Shown piece by piece: positions 34,949 through 41,698 of a stretch of 41,698 bases of DNA. The notes beneath the pieces were generated by a model. The model was not told the origin of the DNA and made no database searches. It saw only the letters and a list, made by a program, of their open reading frames with translations. Origin of the DNA: Patescibacteria group bacterium (lineage in GTDB: Bacteria > Patescibacteriota > WWE3 > UBA101185 > UBA10185); contig JAHYJU010000001.1 of assembly GCA_019428825.1 (NCBI GenBank), positions 1-41,698 on the forward strand, given 5' to 3'. Each line of letters starts with the position of its first letter. Within the stretch, counting starts at the first letter, position 1. Position numbers and translations under genes: made by a program.

Positions 34949-37788
34949 AGATTCTCAAGGTCAAAAACACCATCCTCGGGAGGTACGTACCATAATAACC
35001 AAGGATCATATTCCTTAACTTGTTTTGAAGGATTGCTGTATCCGGGCACATTTTCCCTAAATCTGCTTTTTTTACTAATAAATATTAATGGTTCAGTTTT
35101 ACTTACTCGAGGAACTCTTTCCGGATTAACAACATTCACATCTGTCGCCACAAAAGGACCATCAGAATAAAAGAGCGGTGTTGGCATTTCCATTCTGTCC
35201 AAGTAAACCTCTCTTTCTATTCCAAAAAACTCGTCTTTTAGCATCAATAATTTTGCCTGAGGACCATTCAAGTCAGGTGTGTACACTAAACTCTTGTTTA
35301 AAAATAAGTAAAATAATGAAAATGAAAGTAAAAGATATAAGCTAAGGAATTTAAACGATGCAGAGTTTAAAAACTTTATTTTAGTCACAATAAAATCCAA
35401 AACTCTTTCTGAAAAATTACCCACAATTAAACAAAGTACGGGGTATACGGGAATTATGTACCAAACTAGCTTTGATTTGGCTATTGAGAAGAATAAAAAG
35501 ATGCTTATAGCCCATATTGATAGAAATACATGTTTTCTATCTTTTTTAAATGCGTGAAATACAGAAAAAGGTAAGGCTCCCAAAAGTGCTACAAACCAAA
35601 TTCTCATACTTACCTTTATAACTATCACATACCAAAAGAAGGGATTACCCTTATCCTCTATCACTGATGTTGCTCTATCCCAAACATGATAAAAAAAGTA
35701 CTTATCTAAAAACGATTTTCCAAATAACTGATACATTGTGAGGTGCCAGGGTAAAGCCACTAGTAGAAAAGGTAAAAACATAAAAAGATATTTGTAAATT
35801 AATCTTCGATTGACTTTCTGTTTGTAAAAAATGAAAAGATAGATTTCATATAATCCAATAACTAAAAATGGAAGAAGTCCTACAAAGCCTTTTGTCATAA
35901 CAGCCAAACCCACAGAAGCTCCCGATAATATCCATAAAATATTTTTTTCGTTTTGTTTTGCAAGCCAATAAAGATATAAAGACAAAGTGATGAAAAATGT
36001 AGCGGTAACGTCCAGCATGGAAGCCCGAGAGTAATATAAAAAATGAACTGTTGTTGTAAGAGCAAGTGCTGATATAAAAGCTGTAGTTTTATTGAAAAGT
36101 TTTTTCCCCATAAAATAAACTAAAAGAACAGTCAAAAATCCGAATATCGCGCTGGGAAGCCTCGCAGACCAAGAATTAAAACCTAAAATATTCATAAATC
36201 CTGACATCATCCACATATATAGAGGAGGTTTTTCGAACCATCCGGTTATAAAATTGTCCCAATATGGAATTATGTACTCATTTCTTACCACCATGTTTTT
36301 AGCCACTTTTGCGTATATTGCCTCATCCCATGGAATAAGATGGTTTTTCCCTAAACTTATAAATAAAAGACCAAGAGACAATAAAATAATTAAGGATAGA
36401 AGTATTTTGCTATTTTTAAAGAAATATCCGGAAACTTCTTTAAACCACTCCTTACCTACATTTCCTATCCCCCAAATGAAAAAAGAAAACATCATAATCC
36501 AAAAAAACTCTGCGTTGTAAGAATAAAATATTCCCGCCATATACCACCCAAAAACAACTGATGAAAAAACCCCGCCAATGAATCTATTATTTTTGTCCTT
36601 ACCTTTAAAAAATACGTACAGAGGGGTGATGAGTACAAAAAGTGAAAAAAGTACGTAAGGAACAGTACCGATTATTCCGGTTTCGGATAGAGACTCTCCC
36701 CAAATTGTGTGTGCCGGCACGCGATTGCTAAGGGCTGCGGTATCTCGTGTGAAAAATTCAGGGGCTATTTTTGTTTTACTGAAATGTTCAAAAAAAGAAC
36801 CATAACCACCACCCAAATAAGGATATTTTTCAAATATCTGGTATGTACCTGTCAAAAGCATAAAGTGAGAATCAAAAGAATCGATTCTATAATGGAAAGC
36901 GTCTCTCACGTATCGCCTGAAATTGCTTTTTTTCTTGTTGTATTCTATTAAAAAAGGGGTTGAGACCAAAACTATTGCTAGAAAAATATATACTAGACCT
37001 TTTGACCCAAACTTTTTTATCATTAAAATTGTAGCGAAAAAAAGAACCGCAAAAGCCATAACCATCCATGCGGTCCTGGAATTGGTCAAAAGCAACGAAG
37101 CACTTGATGAAAGAATCATAAAAACATTTAAAACCTTTGACTTCAAATTTTTATCAGTGAAAAGGAAGATTCCCATTATGGGAATGGTTGCCGCCAACAA
37201 AGCTCCGTAGTGATTTACATCCCAAAAAAGTGATCCTACCCTGGGAATTCTTCCTGGCACAGGCCACATGGCCCCTATAACCCTTTGGGTTTGATAAAAA
37301 TATACTAATTGAATAAAACCGAACAAAGAGAGTCCGAAAACAACGTAGGTAAAAAATCTCAGGTACTTAATAAGTTCATCGGGTGTATCTTTAAAAGTCA
37401 AATACAAATAAATTCCTAAAGCTACAACGGTGGTAAAAAATCCAAATAAAAGTAAGCTGGCTTGAATATTTTTTGAAAATATTATTGATAAACCTCTGGT
37501 GAACCAGATTACCAGCAGAAAAAGTATGTAGGGGTCTTTGAAGTAAGATAGGAGGGATTTGATGCCTCTCTCTTTAACAACATAGAAATAGATTTTAGTT
37601 ATACCCGAACACAATAAAGCCAACATAAATACTCTGACAGGCATCAAATCCCATCTGTAAAAACTGAAAAGTTCCTTGTGCAAAAGCACGGATAAAACTA
37701 TCAAAATATACAAGGAAAGTTTAAAATCCTTTAATATTAGAATATATGAAGCTAAAAATATTAAACCTATTGATACCAAATAAAGCAT
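34945..37788 (-). CDS. Fusion membrane protein: N-terminal O-antigen ligase/polymerase-like (Wzy_C) domain plus C-terminal GT-C glycosyltransferase (ArnT/PMT_2-like)
   Basis: 947 aa. The N-terminal half carries LLLTNSRTAWMVMAFAVL ... YPYLGGGYGSFFEHF ... PAHTIWGESLSETGIIG (Wzy_C pattern). The C-terminal half starts with IPWDEAIYAKVAKNM ... EKPPLYMWMM ... ARLPSAIFGFLTVLLVY (GT39/83-type first-loop DE motif). The boundary falls near nt 36400. Confidence 0.7.
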   Translation of the reverse strand: MLYLVSIGLIFLASYILILKDFKLSLYILIVLSVLLHKELFSFYRWDLMPVRVFMLALLCSGITKIYFYVVKERGIKSLLSYFKDPYILFLLVIWFTRGLSIIFSKNIQASLLLFGFFTTVVALGIYLYLTFKDTPDELIKYLRFFTYVVFGLSLFGFIQLVYFYQTQRVIGAMWPVPGRIPRVGSLFWDVNHYGALLAATIPIMGIFLFTDKNLKSKVLNVFMILSSSASLLLTNSRTAWMVMAFAVLFFATILMIKKFGSKGLVYIFLAIVLVSTPFLIEYNKKKSNFRRYVRDAFHYRIDSFDSHFMLLTGTYQIFEKYPYLGGGYGSFFEHFSKTKIAPEFFTRDTAALSNRVPAHTIWGESLSETGIIGTVPYVLFSLFVLITPLYVFFKGKDKNNRFIGGVFSSVVFGWYMAGIFYSYNAEFFWIMMFSFFIWGIGNVGKEWFKEVSGYFFKNSKILLSLIILLSLGLLFISLGKNHLIPWDEAIYAKVAKNMVVRNEYIIPYWDNFITGWFEKPPLYMWMMSGFMNILGFNSWSARLPSAIFGFLTVLLVYFMGKKLFNKTTAFISALALTTTVHFLYYSRASMLDVTATFFITLSLYLYWLAKQNEKNILWILSGASVGLAVMTKGFVGLLPFLVIGLYEIYLFIFYKQKVNRRLIYKYLFMFLPFLLVALPWHLTMYQLFGKSFLDKYFFYHVWDRATSVIEDKGNPFFWYVIVIKVSMRIWFVALLGALPFSVFHAFKKDRKHVFLSIWAISIFLFFSIAKSKLVWYIIPVYPVLCLIVGNFSERVLDFIVTKIKFLNSASFKFLSLYLLLSFSLFYLFLNKSLVYTPDLNGPQAKLLMLKDEFFGIEREVYLDRMEMPTPLFYSDGPFVATDVNVVNPERVPRVSKTEPLIFISKKSRFRENVPGYSNPSKQVKEYDPWLLWYVPPEDGVFDLENL

Positions 37789-37792
37789 TTTA

Positions 37793-38983
37793 CTATTTTA
37801 CACTAACTTTTTTCGAAGATTTTTTCTTATTATCTACCAAAAGAGATTCCGATATATTTTTTAAAACATTATTATAAACATCTAGAGTTTTTTCAGCAGC
37901 GTTTTTCCAAGTATAATCCTTTCTCGTTTTTTCGTTTAAAACAGGTCTTTGAGCAAAATATTCTTTTTTTAACGCTTCTTTTATGGAGTTTATATCATCG
38001 GGATTACAAAATGAAGCATAACTTCCCAAATACTCTTTGGCTCGCATTCCTGCCGCCACTGTGTTTGTACCGCAATATAATGCCTCTAAACTGGTAAGTC
38101 CCGTGGTCTCAAACCAACTGGCTGAAACACACACTTTAGCAAAATGATAGTAAGACGGTAAATTGGCGTATGTAATTCCTGCATCCAATTGATGAATCCA
38201 CTTATTTTTTTTCAATAACTTATCTATTAGTAAATTATATTCAAAATGCTTCGTAGGACTAACCTTACCTATAAGAACAAGTTGGACATCTACATTTTCC
38301 TCGTCTCTAAATTTCTCTACGGCTTTAATAATACTAAGCTGATTTTTTCTGGGTTCAATCCTTCCCACACACATAATATAATTTTCAAAATCAAATGGAT
38401 TTTTAAAAGGTTTGGGATCAATAAAAGGCTTCCCTACGCCATTTAGAACCTTATACCATTTAAAATCCACATCAAAGGTTCTTTTTAAATCCTCTGCCTC
38501 TTTTACAGTCTGAACTAAAACTGCATCAACTTTTTTTAATGTTTCCCTCTGCATTTTTTTGAAACCGTAAAATACACTGTAAAATGTTGGCTTTATCATC
38601 CTGGGTTCAAATATACATCTGTAAAGATTTTTAAAAGTATCTCTTTTGAACTGATCTCTAAAAAGAATTTTGGAGAATCTTCTGAAATCAAAGGCAAATT
38701 CATCATCAAATTTCTTAACTTCTCTAACATCGTGATGAATTGGAGATAAAACTACGGGAATGTTATATTTTTTTGCTTTTTTTACATAAAAATATGTCTC
38801 CGGAACCCAGTCTAATTGAAAAACATGGATAATATCGTATTCCCAAGGCTTAAAATTCATATCCGTTCTTATATCAACCTTGGCACCAATTTTTCTAAGC
38901 TCAGCAGCTGTGTTTTCAACCTGAATCCTATCACCCCCTCGGGCTTCCAGTAATCCAATCCTGCCTAACATTAAAACCTTCAT
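37793..38983 (-). CDS. GT-B glycosyltransferase (GT4/GT1-like)
   Basis: 396 aa. FETTGLTSLEALYCGTNTVAAG, with a basic C-terminal tail. Confidence 0.7.
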   Translation of the reverse strand: MKVLMLGRIGLLEARGGDRIQVENTAAELRKIGAKVDIRTDMNFKPWEYDIIHVFQLDWVPETYFYVKKAKKYNIPVVLSPIHHDVREVKKFDDEFAFDFRRFSKILFRDQFKRDTFKNLYRCIFEPRMIKPTFYSVFYGFKKMQRETLKKVDAVLVQTVKEAEDLKRTFDVDFKWYKVLNGVGKPFIDPKPFKNPFDFENYIMCVGRIEPRKNQLSIIKAVEKFRDEENVDVQLVLIGKVSPTKHFEYNLLIDKLLKKNKWIHQLDAGITYANLPSYYHFAKVCVSASWFETTGLTSLEALYCGTNTVAAGMRAKEYLGSYASFCNPDDINSIKEALKKEYFAQRPVLNEKTRKDYTWKNAAEKTLDVYNNVLKNISESLLVDNKKKSSKKVSVK

Positions 38984-40131
38984 TTAGTTTCTCCTAAAAG
39001 TTTTTTGTATAAATTTTCGTAACTTTCAATAAATTTTTCCATGGAATAATTTTTCTCTACAAACTCCTTTGCCCCCTCAATAATAAATTTATTTTCACCA
39101 CCTGTTTTATTGTACTCATCTTCCATATTGTCAGACAAATCGTTAAAATCCCCAACCTTGAAAAAATCAACAAAGCCTCCGCCTACTTCTTTTAATACTT
39201 CCAGGTCCGAGCATATGGTGGGTATCCCCATCGAAAGTGCTTCAATTAAGACTATACCAAAACCCTCGGCAAATGTCGGAAAAACAAAAACGTCAAAAGT
39301 AGAGAGATATTTTATCTTTTCACTATCTTCAAATCTTCCGGTTATTACAACATTTTCTTCAATACCTAATTCTTTAGTTAAATTTTTTATTTTGTCTTCT
39401 AAAGCCCCTCCCCCAACTAACATTAAGTAAAAATTCTCTCGACGGAATAGATGGGATTCTAAAAATTTTGCAAATGCTCTAACTAAAATCTCGTGACCTT
39501 TTTCCACAGTAATTCTCCCCAGATTTCCAAAAACAAAAGCTCCTTCAGGTATGTTATACCTTGATTTTATTTCTTTTTCATATTCGTATCTTTGAATTGA
39601 TGAAACTAATAATTTAGAAGTATCTAAACCATTGGGAATTATTGTTAATTTATCGCCCCTCATACCTTCCTTCATTTTTATATTTTTTCTTGATTGTGTT
39701 AGAGCAATTTCAGTAGTTGTAAAAAAATTGATTAAAAAACTGTAACCAAGAGTTGTAAAAAACCTGATTATTTTATTAATTCTCCATTCAGATATTGGGG
39801 TGTGAGTGTGGGAAACCCTTACCTTAACGCCGGCGAAAAATCCTGCTAAAAGAGCGTTTGTAACAGCCTTTAGCTCGTGGGCATGAATAATATCGATAGA
39901 ATTATTTTTTAAAAATTTTGTAAGTTTAAAGATGTAAACCGGGTCTATATCGAATTTTATCTTTTGTTCAATTCCCATTGCCCCGTCACTTTTATAGATT
40001 TCCATCATCTCGCCTTCCGGACACCACACAAATATTTCATGATCTTTTTTCTTCATACCACGAACTAAATCAGCAACATGCACTTCCATCCCCCCAAATT
40101 TTGATGAGTTTAATACGTAGAGTATTTTCAT
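38980..40131 (-). CDS. GT-B glycosyltransferase (GT4-like)
   Basis: 383 aa. N-terminal GGMEVHV and C-terminal AEGFGIVLIEALSMGIPTICSDLEVLKEVGGG. 4-nt overlaps with both neighbours. Confidence 0.8.
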   Translation of the reverse strand: MKILYVLNSSKFGGMEVHVADLVRGMKKKDHEIFVWCPEGEMMEIYKSDGAMGIEQKIKFDIDPVYIFKLTKFLKNNSIDIIHAHELKAVTNALLAGFFAGVKVRVSHTHTPISEWRINKIIRFFTTLGYSFLINFFTTTEIALTQSRKNIKMKEGMRGDKLTIIPNGLDTSKLLVSSIQRYEYEKEIKSRYNIPEGAFVFGNLGRITVEKGHEILVRAFAKFLESHLFRRENFYLMLVGGGALEDKIKNLTKELGIEENVVITGRFEDSEKIKYLSTFDVFVFPTFAEGFGIVLIEALSMGIPTICSDLEVLKEVGGGFVDFFKVGDFNDLSDNMEDEYNKTGGENKFIIEGAKEFVEKNYSMEKFIESYENLYKKLLGETK

Positions 40132-41333
40132 TCTATATTTTCGGAAATTAATTTCAGCATATTTTTAACTTTGCCATCCCAAGTATGAACTTTGGAAACT
40201 TCATGCCTCTGGTTAATCTTTGGTGGGTTATTTTCTTCCAGGGCAATCCTGATATTTTGTGAGAACTCATTGGGGTTTTTTGAAACATAGCTCACGTCTT
40301 CAAAAGGAGCATATGTTGGAAGATCTGTTACAACGGTAGGTAACCCTGAAGCTAAATAATCTAAAAACTTCACAGGGAAACACCCACCAATAGTGTAATT
40401 ATTCAGTTGATAGGGAATTACCATAGCATCGAATTGGGATAAATATTTTGGCAGTTCGTTATAATCTTTTGTTCCTAAAAGATAAACATTTGGAAGATTT
40501 TCAAAACCTAGTTCTTTTTTTGATGTTGATCTGTCTTTTAAAGCCATAGGTCCAATCAAAACGAAAGAATATGAAGGGTAATCTTCTGCGATTTTTTTGT
40601 AAAGTTCTTTATCAAATTTATACTCATCAACAGCTCCCGTAAAACCTATGATCGGATGGGGAATGTCTTTTAGGTCCTCAGGAATTTCAAATCCCTTATT
40701 TTTTATATCAAAAAATCTTTCGTAATCCCCAACATTAGGTGTGAAATATGTTTTTGGATTTAATTTCCTAAGTTTTTCGGCTAAACCCGGCGTTGTCGAA
40801 AAAACAATGTTTGCTCGTGATGCCAAAAGCCTCTCCTGTTCAACAATCCACTTTTTCTTTTCAGGAGTATCGTACTTTGGAAAACCTTCGTAGTTATCCA
40901 CGCAATCATAAACCAAAAAATCGTGTTTAATATTTTTTAAGTAGTTTTCCAGCCCTTTTATCTCCACATGGTAAATCCACAAAATAGTTTTTCGAGATTT
41001 GTCTTTTTGGAAAATTTCTCGGGCTACTTCATCAATTTTTTTAGCGTGTTTTATGGAATATTTTTGACTTAGGGGATGGGTGTTTAAGGGTGAATAAACG
41101 ATAACTCCTTCGTCTGTTTTAGTTTTTTTAGTGATAATTCTTCCCAATGACCACTTTCCCCGAAAAAGATGTCTGAAAAAAAGTCTTCCCATGTTTATAG
41201 GTGGGTCAACAAATAAAACATTGTGACCGAGTTTTGGGAGTCGACCCATAACATGTCTTTTATTAGTCCATAGAGGGAAATCCCACAGCTGGTTGGAAAG
41301 GCATATCACATTGTATTTTTGATCGTTTTTCAT
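40128..41333 (-). CDS. Glycosyltransferase (GT-B fold, TuaH-like); first gene of the minus-strand glycan operon
   Basis: 401 aa. The N-terminus VICLSNQLWDFPLWTNKRHVMGRLPKLGHNVLFVDPP resembles teichuronic-acid-type GT1 proteins. Confidence 0.6.
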   Translation of the reverse strand: MKNDQKYNVICLSNQLWDFPLWTNKRHVMGRLPKLGHNVLFVDPPINMGRLFFRHLFRGKWSLGRIITKKTKTDEGVIVYSPLNTHPLSQKYSIKHAKKIDEVAREIFQKDKSRKTILWIYHVEIKGLENYLKNIKHDFLVYDCVDNYEGFPKYDTPEKKKWIVEQERLLASRANIVFSTTPGLAEKLRKLNPKTYFTPNVGDYERFFDIKNKGFEIPEDLKDIPHPIIGFTGAVDEYKFDKELYKKIAEDYPSYSFVLIGPMALKDRSTSKKELGFENLPNVYLLGTKDYNELPKYLSQFDAMVIPYQLNNYTIGGCFPVKFLDYLASGLPTVVTDLPTYAPFEDVSYVSKNPNEFSQNIRIALEENNPPKINQRHEVSKVHTWDGKVKNMLKLISENIE

Positions 41334-41338
41334 ATTTT

Positions 41339-41500
41339 TTCCGGACTGAGTCTGGCACAGGGCCTAGCACAGGGCTCAGCCCTAGGCTGAGCCCTAGGCC
41401 GGGCCCTAGGCTGAGCCTAGCATAATAATATTATACATTGAAAGGGTTATTAGATAAGGTGGAAATTCCGGACTGAGTCCGGCGCTAGACTCAGTCTAGC
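41339..41500. repeat. GC/CTAG-rich 12-bp-periodic array of interrupted palindromes, flanked by 14-nt direct repeats and a 10-bp inverted repeat
   Basis: Exact 12-nt units [cag/cta]+GGC-NNN-GCC lie at 41370-41381, 41382-41393, 41394-41405 and 41406-41417, with a degenerate unit at 41358-41369. The related 9-mer GACTSAGTC occurs at 41344-41352, 41471-41479 and 41488-41496. The direct repeat ttccggactgagtc occurs at 41339-41352 and 41466-41479. There are seven CTAG between 41364 and 41499. Confidence 0.8.
41430..41435 (-). promoter_or_regulatory. Perfect TATAAT (-10) on the minus strand inside the repeat element, pointing at the glycan operon
   Basis: The minus strand reads aaTGTATAATatt. Only a weak -35 is present. 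The GC-rich array would form the roughly 90-nt leader, and there is no SD before the ATG at 41333. Confidence 0.35.
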
Positions 41501-41698
41501 GGAAGACATTGGGGGCAAGCTCTTTCTAACATCTTAAACTTCACCATCATCCTTCGAATATTGAACGCAAGCTCGGAGTCCTTAATAGACCACAACCACG
41601 AAGTGTCTCTAAAACCGGTATCATATGCGGCATGCCAAATACTATCAAAAAATACAATGCCCATAACTTGCATAAATATCGAAAAATAAATTGATAAC
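41491..41698 (-). CDS. Possible 3' end of a gene that continues beyond the window (unknown product)
   Basis: The reverse frame is open from the window edge to a TGA at 41493-41491. The track lists it from an internal ATG at 41673. The stop codon sits in the loop of the 41484-41500 hairpin. No family recognised. Confidence 0.3.
   Translation of the reverse strand, partial: LSIYFSIFMQVMGIVFFDSIWHAAYDTGFRDTSWLWSIKDSELAFNIRRMMVKFKMLERACPQCLPLD

Noticed and set aside
6220-40131. The remaining short antisense or out-of-frame ORFs in the track: 6220-6468, 7520-7708, 7657-7884, 8014-8241, 9494-9688, 11384-11629, 11578-11763, 12339-12545, 12477-12728, 14947-15270, 15472-15654, 16002-16229, 16935-17180, 17987-18271, 21657-21959, 22041-22379, 24932-25135, 27019-27201, 27424-27615, 27700-27909, 28895-29113, 29443-29709, 29538-29744, 30307-30525, 30924-31130, 33414-33638, 36254-36520, 36709-36951, 36887-37069, 36923-37210, 38246-38446 and 39110-39430.
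   Set aside because: Each lies nested in or antisense to a long ORF with clear family motifs. None has a convincing SD or promoter, and their compositions mirror the opposite-strand codons.
41341-41421. The 12-bp periodic GC-rich array as a CRISPR array, or as a tRNA or other known RNA gene.
   Set aside because: The units are only 12 nt with no unique spacers, so it is not a CRISPR array. There is no T-loop (GGTTCGAATCC-like) or cloverleaf arrangement, so it is not a tRNA. I recognise no known RNA family by eye.
41341-41421. The GC-rich array as a repetitive-peptide coding region.
   Set aside because: All frames are either interrupted by TAG or TGA within a few codons or lack any start codon. 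The only ATG-initiated frame on the minus strand is 5 codons long (ATGCTAGGCTCAGCCTAG).
1-41698. Alternative genetic code (UGA recoding, as in some CPR lineages).
   Set aside because: All large genes are intact under the standard code, and TGA clearly ends rsmH in an ATGA overlap with ftsL (21068-21071).

Overview
AT-rich, very gene-dense window with almost no non-coding DNA. Many genes overlap by 1-4 nt and most lie on the minus strand. Gene content and the divergence of the proteins suggest a small-genome monoderm bacterium of the Patescibacteria/CPR type; this is inference only. The standard code applies: long ORFs are intact and TGA is used as a stop, for example at the rsmH/ftsL ATGA overlap.

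Contents, left to right:
- uvrC (partial, not in the ORF track)
- a secreted transglutaminase-like protein
- uvrA
- a small membrane orphan
- a class A PBP
- a 123-aa orphan cassette
- uvrB divergent from lexA
- a DedA-histidine phosphatase fusion
- eno-ppsA
- a minimal two-component pair
- yraN
- the head of the dcw cluster (mraZ-rsmH-ftsL-ftsI) with an apparent MraZ operator
- an orphan cassette
- glyQS and recO
- a roughly 16-kb surface-glycan locus (25030-41333)

The glycan locus holds DUF4012, a small phosphoglycosyl transferase, seven GT-B glycosyltransferases, a UbiA-family cassette, a Wzx-like flippase, a 947-aa Wzy_C + GT-C fusion and two embedded orphans.

I found no rRNA, tRNA, CRISPR array, transposase, integrase or recognisable defence gene.

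The most unusual items are:
1. A GC-rich, CTAG-rich, 12-bp-periodic palindrome array flanked by direct and inverted repeats, sitting on the promoter/leader of the glycan operon (41339-41500).
2. The Wzy_C/GT-C fusion.
3. The UbiA cassette paired with that fusion.
4. The DedA-phosphatase fusion.
5. A recurrent leaderless-type promoter layout.

All functional calls rest on motif recognition by eye. No database search was run.
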